This document shows, piece by piece, positions 10,731 to 23,476 of a DNA stretch of 64,000 nt (positions within the stretch are counted from its first letter, which is position 1; each line of letters starts with the position of its first letter). Under the pieces are notes generated by a model. The model worked only from the letters and a program-made list of their open reading frames with translations, had not been told where the DNA came from and ran no database searches. A program made the position numbers and the translations under genes. The DNA is from Callorhinchus milii (taxonomy: Eukaryota): assembly GCF_018977255.1 (NCBI RefSeq), contig NW_024704743.1, forward strand, positions 110,982,001 through 111,046,000, read 5' to 3'.

Positions 10731-13700
10731 CATCCTGTTTGTGAATTACAAGATTCAAAAATAGCTAATTAGAAATTCTGAAAATGATTAAAACTGTTAA
10801 GCTCATGAACAAAATAGTTAATATTTACAAACCAGGACTTGCAACTTTTTAAATCAAATTAATTTTGTGAATATCACAAATTAGACTCCAAAGTCTAGTT
10901 TAATGCATTTTCCAGATTATTTCCAGGTTGATCCAAAGCACCGGCGTAGGTTAAGATAACGGAGATGCAGCTGGTTCCCCTCATGATCATGGCAGAGCTG
11001 AGGAGACAGAGCTGGTCCTGACAATCCTGATTTTGTTGTCTTGCTGTTTAAACATAATCCGCATGGTGGTGTACTTGACCAAGGATGGGAGGGAAAGTTG
11101 TAAATTGGGCTGAGATTTGCAATGAAGAGCTATTATTGTCTAAACAACAGGGGGTGCCTCAAGCGCTACACTACATAATCTTGTTCAATTTCCATTGTGA
11201 ATTTAAATACAGTATTTTGAATTAAATGTTTAGCATTACATGGAGCAGGCTGGCTGTGTTCTCTCATTAAAGTATTCCCGTGTTTTGCTGAACATTTACA
11301 CTAAACAGCCCCATTTTGAATGTAAGATGAAGCAGTTATTTGATTTTCTCTCACACAGCCCCCCACCCTTTTTGATTTTATATTTTGAAGCCAATGGCAC
11401 ACATTGATTACAGCATCGGGCCTAAGATAGTGCTAGCTGTTCCATTCACTGGAGCTAATCCGGTAGTTTAACCTCAATTTCCTGCGGTTTCCCTTCTTTT
11501 CCTCTTCAAATGGTTATCCAATTTCCTTTTTATATCTAAATGTATAAGTATTGATGCTGTCCAAGAACGGGATTGAGAAGCTACTTAGTCAATTTTCATG
11601 TGGTTTTCAGACAAGCACATGTCCAGCAGAATTACTGGACATTGAACAATACCCCACCCCATAGCCTTGAAGTTCTAGGCCCACACAGATTCCTCAGATG
11701 ACATAGCAACATGTATTGCCAAACAGAAATTGAACTCATGGAGACCCTCCCAAATTTCACGTTACATTTATAGATTGAGACTTTGGGTAATGTTACGTTA
11801 CAGCTGTTAATATTAGGGTATTTGGATTATATTCAGTTAATCTGAATGGATATTTTCTAATATGAATGTGTTGTAGCACAATAGCGACTGTGTTCAGACT
11901 TCATTACCATTTCAGAACCATTACAATAAAACCGACATTCTCCACCCTAAACTCATCTTGTAACAAATGAATACCTGGTTTTATGTTAGCACCTTTTCTT
12001 TTTCAGTAAATCCACCCCACTAGGAATTGGGGAGAGTGCTATCAATTTGTGTGTCTCGAGCCTCCTAAGGTTGATTGCAAAATCAAAGCTTCGCAGCATT
12101 CAGGATCCTCCATGCATTGAAACGCCTCTACAGCTTCGCCCCATCCTACCTCTGCCTTGACTTACCTGTTTGATCAAGCTTTTGGTTATTGTTTTCCTCC
12201 CCCCGTCCACTTTCAGCTCTTTTACCCCGCCCCCACCGCTCTCCCCAACATGGGTGGTCAGCTAGCTGTGTAAAGTGCTTTGGGATGTCCTTGAGAAATG
12301 TATGAATGTAAATTGTAATTGTATGTGAAGTAGATGAGTGAAGGAATTTGTCTGACCAATTGAATTATCCCCCAAACATCTTTAATTTTGAGTGATTTCA
12401 TACAGATGGATAACCTAATGTACAATAATATTTTTAGATCAGTGAGATTTACATTCATGCCTATGAATCTTAAGACTGTTGTGGTAAAGTGAGCAATGTT
12501 AATGCTTGGATATTTAGGAATATGTTCATACCATGTCTGACTGTCAGTTAGGCATGTAATTCAATTTCCTATATTGTCCCATTTATGGAACAGTTCTGGA
12601 AGTGAAGGTTTTTAATGCTTTAGTAACCTGCAGAGTTTGTAAAACATAGAAATTAAGATAAATAACTGTGCTTCCTTGTTCAAAGTTTATTAAAGTACTC
12701 ATTAAATTGTAGAAGGTATAATCCTCAGTTGATTAAGCACCAGACTAGTGACTGGAAGGTTCTGTGTTAACTCAGCCCTTCACCCTTTCGAGGTTGATAA
12801 AATAAGTACCATGTCAACAGCTATACAGGGGGTGGGGGAGAAGGCAGAACAGGATCTCCCTGAAATTGGGGTGGCTCCAAAGAGACATGTCTGGAAAAGC
12901 CAGGAAAGACTGCAGTGATCCAAAACAAACTGGAGATACAGTCGTGTACTGAACTCTGCAACTATAATTCTTAACGGGTAAGACAGGCCTAGCTGGACAA
13001 ATGTAATTGGAAAGTGTAATTTTAGCAATAAAAATAAATGTGCTATAACATTTATTCCAGTTGTTGAATTTACTGTTATTTTCCATTCTAATTAATTATT
13101 ATAATCAGATATGAGAGAATTAGGTGAGGCAGATTTCAAATTTATATCGATGAGGATTCAACTCCATTATAAAGTGTAATTTTCAATTGATATTATAAAA
13201 TTGCTAAAATGTTTTAGTTCTTTAATTCTGTCCAGTATTGAAGAAGCTACTTGAAAATACTTATGCATTTCCTTCTTTGCTTCCTTTATTGAAAAATATA
13301 TTTTCTAATCCTTAACTGTACCAGAAACATTAATTCAACTCTGATCCGAAGATACTTAATTGGGTGTGTGCATCAGTTTGAATTCTGCTCTTTGTGAGAC
13401 GATAGTCATGGCTTTGTCATATGATGGCCATCCTATTTTTAAAAAAACATTTGGAGAAGTTGAACTTGTTTATAAGTTGAGCTTGTTGTTTTTTGTCCAA
13501 GATTTATTCATTTAATTTTTCATGGTTTATTTTTATCAATTTTCGAGTGTTTATAAATTGGGGATTTTTCGGGGATTTCATTACTGAATGGAGGTGGTTG
13601 CGTGAACAGTTTTAATGGTAGTTCTTTTTAATTCACCGGGTAACTTGACACATGCAGAAATCAATCACCATACTTAAGTTTAAAAAAACAGAGAATCTAC

Positions 13701-13740
13701 ATTGCTTTTGTTTTGGAAAGCACACACCCTCTCCAAAGAG

Positions 13741-13959
13741 CAGTGATGACCAACCTTTGTGATCAGCCAACAAAATAAACTTTGTTTTGTTTCTTGACTT
13801 ATGCCATAAATCGAGAAGTATTCAATCAACAAAAAACTGAAAACATACTACTAATCGATCATGAATTTATCTAGCTAGACTCCTGCAAATCATCAGGGGG
13901 GGAGGGGCGAGGGGAACTGCTTCGTGACAGCCCCTTGGGTCACCGGTTGACTACCACTG
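13741..13959. mobile_element. hAT-type MITE
   Basis: TIRs CAGTGATGACCAACC and GGTTGACTACCACTG; 8-bp flanks CCAAAGAG and CCCGAGAG (6/8). Confidence 0.65.
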
Positions 13960-14054
13960 CCCGAGAGGGATACACCCTGCTATGTCTACCTTGTAGATGT
14001 AAGTTATCAATCACTAAGTATCTCAGATCGTGTATTGAGGTGCTATTACAATCC

Positions 14055-14380
14055 AATACAAAATTACATTTGTATAACGCCTTTCATGTCGGGGGGACGT
14101 CCCAAGACGCAGGACAGTCAGGGATTTGGACATGAGGTTCCTAATCGGGAGGGTGGAGGGTAGGAGGATGGCCAAAGGCGCGGTTGAAGAGGAGGGTTTT
14201 GAGATGCGCCTTGAAGGAGGCAAGAGAGGGAACGAGGCGAAGGGAATGTGGGATGGAGTTCCAAAGGGTAGGGGCAGAAAGGCTAAAGGCCCGACCGCCA
14301 AAAGTGGGGCATGGCGGGCGGGGGTGTGGAGCAGGTCACAAACTGCTGAACGGAAGGAGCAGACAAGTTGATATGGGCGT
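14055..14380 (-). mobile_element. L2 3' end
   Basis: CAAAATTACATTTGTATA tail, shared with many copies in window. Confidence 0.82.
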
Positions 14381-14799
14381 TTAACAGCTAAAACCATGCA
14401 GCTTATCACTGCAACCACTGTCGAGCTTCTTGCAACTTGTCCAACTCAGACCACCCTGCCTGTTAGGGCTTTGGTTTGCAGGGTTAAATAGGTGTTGAAT
14501 GGAAAGCATCACAACCCCCATTATGGACCAGGAGGGAGTTAAAAGATTGTGACATGGTTAGGGGTTCTGGTGACTTCACTCTTGTGGTGTATACATGATG
14601 CCTAATAGTGTTTACATAATGTTTTGTACTCATATTGAGTTCTCTGGGAAATCCTGGCCATCCCAGAAGCTCAGAGCTTCTTTTAAAGAGCAGGGGGAAC
14701 GAGTGCTGTATCTCTGTGCACTCCACTCTATGGACATTTCTTGGAAATCTGGAAAAATTAATGCAAATAGAAACAGATGGTCGATGTAAAAAAGAGTGC

Positions 14800-15030
14800 T
14801 AGTCCCTCTGCCCCACCATCGGAGGTCACGCTTTCAGCCACTCGGCCTCAAAACTCTTGAACACTCTCCCTCAATCCCTCTGCCTTGCCCCCTCTTTCAA
14901 GTCCCGCCTGAAAACGTTCCTCTTCGACCGTGCTTACGGCCACCTCCCCCCAGCTCATAGTCAGGCTGTTTGGCGCTCTGAGATGCCTCCCTGCGTGGAG
15001 GGCGCTATATAGGTACAAGTTGTTGTTGTA
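14800..15030 (+). mobile_element. L2 3' end
   Basis: CCACCATCGG...TTCAGCCAC...TTCCTCTTCGACCG and (TTG)n tail. Confidence 0.8.
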
Positions 15031-15644
15031 GAACATAAGTAAGTTGCATCAATAATGTAAATATATAGGTTGAAATCATTTCTATGATATTAAAACTATG
15101 ATTTTTCATGTGGCGAGTTCCTAGCCTAGAAGCATATTGTACTGTAGTTTTCTAAGGATTGAGAGTATGGTTTAAAGGTTCTTTTACATACATTTTTAAT
15201 ATAAGAGAAGAAAATTTCTATTGAGTTTTCTAGCCCGAATTCCTCAAGTAACATTGGTCATTCATTACATGGCTGTTTGTGGGACATTGATGTATGCAAA
15301 TTGGCTACTGCGTACACTTAAGTACACAGTCACTACACTTTACAGTATATTCTGTGAATTGCTTTGAGACAGCCTTAACTTGAAAAGCGTTATATCAAAT
15401 TCAAGCATTATTATTATTACAGAACTAAAAGATTCAGATCAATCCCGAGATAATACTTCTGAAATACATTCTCAGTAATTCACCCCCAACCAGTGCTTGT
15501 TTTCTTGTTGAATATATGCTTCCTCTGCAAGCATGGGAAATGCTAAGATAAAAATGTTGTTAATCTTGGATTTTTCTTCTTGAAAACATTAGAATCTTGG
15601 GAGCTGATTGCCTTTGTGTCCATGGAGAACCCCTTCTTTTTGCA

Positions 15645-16050
15645 TCACAACAACAAAATTACATTTGTATAGCGCCTTTCTCGTTGGGATATAACGTCCC
15701 AAGGACGTGTCCTAACGCTGGACAATCAGTGTTTTGGACCCAAGATGGGGGTCTGCATTGGGGAGAGTGGAAGGCAGCAAGGAAGGAGGGGGATCAAAGG
15801 CATGGTTGAAAAGGAGGGTTTTGAGACGGGTCTTGAAGCAGGCAAGGGAAAGGGCAAGACGGAGTGACTGCGGGATGGAGTTCCAGAGGGTGGGGTCAGA
15901 GTATCTGAAGGCCCGTCCGCCCACCAATAGTGGTGCGGGCGAGGTGGCGGACGTGGGGGACATGAAGCAGGCTGGAGCTCGCTGAGTGGAGGGAGTGGGC
16001 AGATTGGTAGGGGGATAGAAGGTCACGGAGGTAGGGGAGAGCAAGCCCAT
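15645..16050 (-). mobile_element. L2 3' fragment
   Basis: GGRAFRYSDPTLWNSIPQSLRLA..FKTRLKTLLF. Confidence 0.85.
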
Positions 16051-16749
16051 TAAGTTTCAGTGGTTATCAACCCAACATAGCATGCAAGACCTGACATTGT
16101 AGTTGCACCTTTTCAGTAAGTAGGAGCGTTAATTCTGTAAAGATTTCTGACTTGAAACCCAGTCGTCACGTTGGACCATATCAGCTCAGATTTACTAAGA
16201 CTGGCGTAATGATTTATAAAAGAGCTGCATTAATTAAGCTTTAGCAAACAAATAGTTCATTGAATAGTCATTTAACTGCATGGAATCACAGACAAATGGC
16301 AGTCGTTTTAAAATAGCAATCAATTGATCAAGCAAAATCTCAACTTGTATTTATATAGCGTCCTTCACCCAGGTACCATCTCAGAGCGCTTAACAGGAGT
16401 GGTTTGATGCCAAGCTGGAAAAGAAGGGAAGGCACGGTTGAAGAGGAAAGTTTTCAGGTGTGATTTGAAGGTGGGGCTAGAAGAATGGATCAAGGCAAGG
16501 AGTTCTGGCCGTAGTGGCTGAAAGTCAGAGTCGATTCAAATCGCTGTAGCTAGTGTACTATTCAGAGAGAAAGTAGAAAAACGTTGGTGGTGCAATGATT
16601 TTTCTCCATAATCTCTATCATCGTCAATAAACAAAATACTTGTACGATGTGTACAGCACTAAATATGCTAGTGCCATCTAGCACCAGTACGTCACCAACT
16701 TGCATTTAGAAAGCGGCCATACTGTCCCTTTCCCACCCCCCCCACCCCC

Positions 16750-17330
16750 AAGCCTCCAACAACTCTTCCGCCATGGGCTGCAGATTTCTGGATGCAGATT
16801 TTCATCACATCCAGGCTTGACTATGCCAAAGCCCTATTCCAGACTCCCCATCTCTTCCCTACATCAGTCTCAGTGTTGCCTGTGTTCTCTCCTACACCGG
16901 GTTCTGCAAGTCTATCACCCTATCTGTATTTGGCTCCACTGACTCTCATCCACCAGCGGATCAAATTCAAGATTTTTGTTCCCACTTTTAAATCCCTCAA
17001 TGGCCTCGTCCCACCCTACCTCTATGACCTACAACCTGAGCGCTCACCTTCTCTCAGCAAACACTGACCTGGATCATGTCATCTCCCCCCACAATGTTGA
17101 GTGAGCATTCAGCCATTCCGGATTTCGTCTAACTCACCCCATCCCTCTCTCCCAATGTTTGAAGTGTACCTCAAAGCATATGTTTAAGACATATCTTTTT
17201 GACCGCACTTTCAGTCATCTGTTCATTCCCCACCCTATTCAGCTCCTTCCCCCTGCTCGGGTGCCCAGCCAGCAGTGTGAGATGTTTTTCCACCATGAAA
17301 GGCACTGTATAAATGTAAATTGTATTGTAT
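16750..17330 (+). mobile_element. Decayed L2 3' fragment
   Basis: FITSRLDY...QRIKFKI..FKSLNGLVPPYL. Confidence 0.75.
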
Positions 17331-17940
17331 ATGCCCCCAAAAGGTTAAATATTACACTTGAAATGTGTGAATATTTACATTTTGTTTAAACAAATCTTTG
17401 GAAAGTGTGATAAAATTGATACAATATCAGAATTATTGAGTTTTGCTGGCAAACAGTTGTGGCCATGAATGCTTCTTTCTGTCTGTGGCATTGTCGCTTA
17501 CGTATCCAACTGAGAGTTGTTTATTTCCTTGTAAAGTCATCTAACTCCCAAATAATTTCATTTGTACAACAGTTTGGTTTGAAGTCAAGTTCCCTTATCC
17601 TTAGTAATAATAATACAACAACTTGTATTTATACTGTGGTCTTCATGTGGATGATATGCTTTGCAACCTTAAAAAATTTCATTAGTTTTAAAAAGAAATT
17701 TCATCCTTCGAAAACATTCCAGAGTTTGTTGAAATACCAACCCTGACATTCTGAGTGGGAGAGGGCTGAATCGAGATGGACTACTGTAGTTAGATTAGAA
17801 GTTATGTTAAATGTAGGGATGACTGATAGCAATGCTAACCAACCAATAAAAATATCTTCTGTTAAATTAACTCTTAACTGCAGCATGAGGATGATTGTGT
17901 CAATTACCAAATTGGGAGAAATATTAACTTTGTTTTTTCA

Positions 17941-18001
17941 ACAACAACAACAACTTGGATTTATATAGCGCCCTTCATGCCGGACGGCGTCTCAGAGCAC
18001 C
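17941..18001 (-). mobile_element. 61-bp 5'-truncated L2 tail with 16-bp TSD
   Basis: TAACTTTGTTTTTTCA at 17925-17940 and 18002-18017. Confidence 0.9.
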
Positions 18002-18126
18002 TAACTTTGTTTTTTCACTTTGTTAGTATGTTTTTGTCAAGACCTGCCTGCTCTGGCTGAATTATGTTATTAAACGGAGAGTAGTTACTTGGTCTATAAT
18101 ACTTAATTCTCTTTTGTACAGGATGT

Positions 18127-18425
18127 GGAGTCCTGTAGCTCAGTGGTTAGAGCACTTGCCTCTCAAGCGAGAGACCTGGGTTTGATTCGGGCAGGGCGAA
18201 ACATTGGGCAAGTTTCCTTACTCAACAAACCTAATAATAATCCCTCAAGAAAAATAATAAATTGGTCACTTCAATCCACGACTGTTTGTGGGACATTGCT
18301 GTGCGCAATTTGGCTGCCGCATTTTGCCCACAAATATACAGTCAATTCACTTTATATTCTGTGAAGCGATTTGAGACGTCTAGAAGACGTGATTAGGCAC
18401 TATATCAAATGCAAGGATTATTATT
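18127..18425 (+). mobile_element. tRNA/Deu SINE (short variant)
   Basis: Same head, body and tail as the 5146 copy. Confidence 0.88.
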
Positions 18426-20480
18426 TGTTTATTTTAAAAGAAATAATGTATGAAGAACTCTGTTGATGAGAAGTTGCAAATTGATCATTGTCCAGTTCAT
18501 CATTAGATGGTTATTCTCTGCGCAAGGTGACTGCACTGACTAGGCAAGAGTTCCACCTAAAAGTGGTGAAGATTTTACAAGAAGTTTAAGGGGTGCCCTA
18601 GCCTCCCCCATCTTTTCCTTTCCCCATCCCCACCTCCCTTGCTCGTTCACTCCCAGCTGGCAGTGTCGAGGCTTTGAGATGTCCTTCTGACATGAAAAGG
18701 GCGCTGTGTAAATATAAATGTTATGTTTCTGGAAGGGAAACACAAACATATTGCTTATGCAGCCTGTGGACATTTCTCAAATAGGGCATCCAGTCCTCAG
18801 CAACCAAAACGGTTGGACCAGACTGAGTTAGTTTTCACATATTTCACATAAAAAATATACATCTCAAAATGCTCTACAGATTAAGATTAAAAACATAGTG
18901 AACATTGTGATGGAGAAAATACAGCTGTTAATTTGTGCTAGGAATGTCCTGTAAACAACCAGATGAGTAGGCAATTAATTAAAACCTTTGGGGTGAATTT
19001 GGATGAGGAAGGAAATTGAAGCCAAGGAAACAAAGAGGAACATCTACTTTGAGGGGATGGAAGAGAGTTCCTTCGGGTACATCTGAATCACTAGCAGATG
19101 GGTTCTGAATTATTGGCTCAATCCAAAAAAAGTAGAATGTTGATTTAGAAGAAAAATACGCTTGAAGGGGTTATTTGGTGACAGATAGGCTCAGGATTTC
19201 TGTAGAATTCCTCCTTTTCTATCACCTTTCTCCACACTTCAACACTTGTTTAATCCACTAACTTGTTTTCTCCAGGTTCTTTGCAGCTTTCACAAATCTG
19301 TCCCAAGTCCATCTGTTTTCACCTGCAGAAATTCAGTCAGCACTTGTTTTTAAATAAGCAGTTAATCACTCTGGAAAGAGGGATGTCAACAGCAAAGTGA
19401 ATAGTGTTACTTTTTGTGACATCTGCCAGAGCACTGCTGAGAAATATCATTGAGTCAAACAACAGACCCCTGTACAGGTGTTGCTATAATAATAATCCTC
19501 ACATTTGATATAGCCCCTTATCTCAAAACTCTTCAGAGGATTTACTGTAAAGTGTAGTTACTGACTGACTATACAACTGCAAGTTGTTGTTAAATGTACT
19601 TTGAGTGAATCATAGACAAAATTGAAAATAAGTATAATATATAATTTTTTTCTGGTGATTTGTTTTTACACAATAAATGCAAGGAACGTCATTGGTTCTG
19701 TATGCTTGGCATGGAGTGGAAACATGAAACACTGTCATGCTTCGTGAGAGAACTGCTCACAAATATAATCTTTCTAGAAATTAGTGGTCAGGTATAAAAA
19801 ATTTAATAAGCGCTGTGAATTCTAGGTAATTCAACAAAAACAACAACAACTTGCATTTATGTAGCATCCTTCACATGGGTAGAGTCTTGGAGCGCTTATG
19901 ACGAACACGATGTTAAGAACATGAATTCAGTACTTTTTAGCATGTGAAAAGATGTGCAACTGCATCGATCTGAAATTCTCATATATGGAATAAACATAAC
20001 ATATGACACTTGGCATCTGGATTGAAGGCAATGGTGTGAACCATGTTCAGGACATATCTGCACTGTTCTATAATAAAAGTGATGCCAGCAACTGTTTATC
20101 TTAGGAGTTCTGGAATGTTTTGGTATTTAAGGCTGTCAGATTTGATAAATAGGGTAAGTTATCTCAAAAGTGTTGTGTGAAATGTTTCTGACTCAATTTC
20201 CCATTAATGCTCAAAAGGCAAAGTACTGCAGATGCTGGAAATCTGGTATAAACACAGAAGTCACTGGGCCCATTAATGCTGATTTGTAACCTTTAATCAT
20301 CAGTCCTTGTAGGTCAAATAGTTTGGCATTTCTTGATTTCCTAATAATAGTCCTGCCTGTTGGTCTAATGACCTGATATTTTGCTGAAGGCATGTGCTGA
20401 TGACGAGACAAGAACAGAAAGTGGTCATACAGCCAATTAAGTATTGATACCCACCATGTAGAATAGAAACCCAGAATTAT

Positions 20481-20564
20481 GTTGGGGAGAGGAAGGTTGG
20501 GTGGGGGGAGAGGAAGGTTGGGGTGGAGAGGAAGGTTGGGGTGGGGAGGAAGGTTGGGGTGTGG
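20481..20564 (+). repeat. G-rich tandem repeat (GGAAGGTTGGGGTGG...) about 4 copies
   Basis: Direct reading; at least 4 G-runs. Confidence 0.85.
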
Positions 20565-20593
20565 ATATATGGAGTTTTACTGCAACTAACCAT

Positions 20594-20612
20594 GTGTCAG
20601 CCTGACTCAGTT

Positions 20613-20647
<35 letters not shown>

Positions 20648-21000
20648 ATTCAAACCCCCTCGTCGGGACTTGTAACTCTTAGCTGACACATCGTTATAGG
20701 GCTCGGGGTGTGCTGTATGTTAGAGGATAATATGTTAAACAAAGGCCCTGTGTGCCTGGATGTTAAAGATCCCATGGCACTATTTAAAAAGAAAAGAGAG
20801 TTTCTCCCAGTGTCTTGGCCAACTATCCCCCAAATAAAATTGGCCACTCATTTCATGGCTGTTTGACTGTGCGCACATTGGCTGCCATGTTTGCCCACAA
20901 AAGAAAGTCACTCCACTTTACAGTGTATCTTGTGAAGCGCTTTGGGATGTCCTCCTATGTGAAAGGCGCAACACTAAATGTAAGGATTATTATTATTTAA
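20594..21000 (+). mobile_element. Older full-length DeuSINE (SacSINE1-like)
   Basis: Head CTCAGTTGGTAGCACTCTTGCCTCTGAGTCAGAAGG, Deu core GTTAAAGATCCCATGGCAC, L2-like tail; family name from recall. Confidence 0.8.
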
Positions 21001-21789
21001 GTGGTTTGAGATGTTTTGCCGTGATAAACCGCTACATAACGTGCAAGTATTTTTATCTTTTATTTAAATGTAACTTCAGGGATGACCTGAAAGGTGGCCN
21101 TTTTATAGCGTGGAAAGCTAAACTAGCCAATTTCTAGGTCATTAGGTTATCATCAATATCAATTAATGTGTTGTGCATATCAGGGCTGCGCTGTATTCCA
21201 CTAGACATTCATCATACATTGTGCTTCTGATCTTGATTAAGGATCTAACAAATGGTTTTGCTGAAGAGAATGTGTGATTTAGTGATTTAGAGTAATATCA
21301 TTTCCCAGCCATCGGCAGACCAATTTACAGCCAGATCATGGATTCTGGAAAATAAGCAGATGTTGAAGGACTGAATCCCTGACTCCAGTCTCAGATAATG
21401 GGACTTTGTTGGAGATGAGATCTAATGGAAATGTTTGCCATCTGACACCAATGCTGGAAAGAGAATATTCACTTCAGAATGAGATGCAGCTGACTCAAGT
21501 TTATTTTTCAAATTCTTCTATCTCACCATAGTGATTCTTTTATTGAAGTCAGCGTCATGGGCTGTGAACATGGTGGTTTACATGTTCCATTTGTTCCGAG
21601 TCTAAACTAACATTTAAAATGTCCAAAAACAACAATTTTGTATAAAGTGAGCACCATTTAGCTTTAAATGATAACTTTTACTGCTTGGAGAGAGAGAGAA
21701 AGAATCGTGGCTGTAATGGTTCCATCAGTTTGCAGCAGTGAAGAAGAAGGTTAGATTGGTAAAGGTCTGGGTCTACTTGGATCCACTTT

Positions 21790-22650
21790 TGCATGTAGGC
21801 CTCAAGCCCAAAAAAGTAACAAAAAAAGCTTCTTAACTGTATCAACATTTTTAAGTTGTTAGAATTTTCTTTCCTTTATTAAGACTGCTAATAAGCACAA
21901 TGTACTGTATTTGTATTGTGGAGTCCTGTAGCTCGGTGGTTAGAGCACTCGCTTTGCAAGTGAGAGACCTGAGTTCAATTCCAGGCAGAGGGCGAAACCT
22001 TGGGCAAGTTTCCTTACTCCACACAGAGCCTAATAATAATCCCTCCAAAAACAATAATAAATTGGTCATTTTCAATCTACGACTGTTTGTGAGACATTGC
22101 TGTGTGCAATTGGCTGCCGCGTTCGCCCACAAATTTACAGTCAATTCACTTTACAGTGTGTTCTGTGAAGCGCTCTGTGAAGCGCGTCCTCCCGACGTGA
22201 AAAGCGCTATATCAAATGCAAGGATTATTATTGTTATTTCTCATTCCTCTCTTTCCCCATCTTTCCGAATACTGCTTTTTGGTACAAGAATCTGGAAAAC
22301 TTGTGTAGGTTTCAAAAGAATTGCACTGTAGAAGTGTGTTAACCCAGGAATGCCTGCCTGTACCAACACTTCGTTAAGATCTTGTCAAGAATCAGCTTCT
22401 GCAGTCTAATTTGATCACACAAGGGAACTTTACTGAATCTCATCTACAAATATAGGAGTAGAAACAATCGCGAAGGAATGCATGCAGGCTTCAAGCCCAG
22501 AAAGTTAACAAAAAAGCTTCTTAACTGTCTCAACATTTTTAGATTGCTGGAATTTTCTTTCCTTTATTAAGACTACTAATAAGCACAAAGTACTGTATTT
22601 GTATTGAGATCATTTCTCATTCGTCTCCTCCCCCATCTCTCCCAATACTG
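21790..22650 (+). repeat. Local direct duplication of about 170 bp (copy 1: 21790-21918 + 22232-22274; copy 2: 22479-22650)
   Basis: Shared GCTTCTTAACTGT...TTCCTTTATTAAGACT..TAATAAGCACAA.GTACTGTATTTGTATTG. Confidence 0.9.
21920..22231 (+). mobile_element. Young tRNA/Deu SINE (short variant)
   Basis: Near-identical to the 5146 copy. Confidence 0.92.
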
Positions 22651-23180
22651 AATTGCTTTAGCTTGATGAAAAGACTTTCCACATGTTAGAACTACAGTGA
22701 GGATATAAGAACATAATTGCTAGACAAAAGAAGACCAAGGTCCATCCAGTTTGCCTTCCACCATGCTGGCAGTCACAAACTATATACTGTATCCCACAAT
22801 ATTATTTCCTAAATAAATATTTAAGGTTTAGACCTGGGACATGTTCAGTAATCATATGTGAAAATCTCCAGTTGCTTTTTTGATCCTCTGGGTGCTTTTT
22901 TTTAATGATGAAAGGTTTTATACATGTCTCTGGCAGGTTTTGTAGAGATTTTGTGTTATCAGTAAAAAATTATTGAAGTTTGCCTTTAAACACAACCTTG
23001 ACACATAAGCAATGCAAAATGTAACCTGAAAGCCCATATTGAATTGGAATATTTTAAGCACTCTGAGACGCTATCTTGCGTTGGAAAGAGCTATATAAGT
23101 GCAAGTTGTTGTTGTTATTGATAATATGCCTTCATTGTAAAGTAATTATTGTTTTATAATGTTAATTTCTTTTCTTTTAG

Positions 23181-23362
23181 GTGTCTTCACAGAAAGTTGA
23201 ATCATTTGCTTCATTATTGAGGCACTCCCCTTTAGTACAAATGGGCCCTGCCAAAGACAAATTAGTCATTGGTAAAATCTTCCACAGAATCGGTGATGAC
23301 CTTTACATTGACTTTGGAGGCAAGTTTCCCTGTGTGTGCAAAAGACCAGCAGTGGATGGAGA
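23181..23362 (+). CDS. MRPS28: MRPS28 exon 2 (182 nt), [60 protein letters not shown](E)
   Basis: ttttag acceptor and GA|gtaagt donor; close match to recalled mitoribosomal bS1m/MRPS28 core. Confidence 0.97.
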
Positions 23363-23418
23363 GTAAGTAGCTCTAACTTTGATTTTGATAAAAAGTAAGA
23401 CGTTTGCTTTAACTAATT

Positions 23419-23476
23419 CATACATGCGTGTGTGCGTGCGTACGTACGTACGTACATACATACACACATATATACA
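23419..23476. repeat. 58-bp strictly alternating purine/pyrimidine tract
   Basis: CATACATGCGTGTGTGCGTGCGTACGTACGTACGTACATACATACACACATATATACA. Confidence 0.9.

Noticed and set aside
21100..21100. Single N base
   Set aside because: Assembly ambiguity or join, not a biological feature; distances across it may be unreliable
21851..22331. Recurrent small ORFs such as MESCSSVVRALA and MVIFNLRLFVGHCC
   Set aside because: Translations of SINE copies
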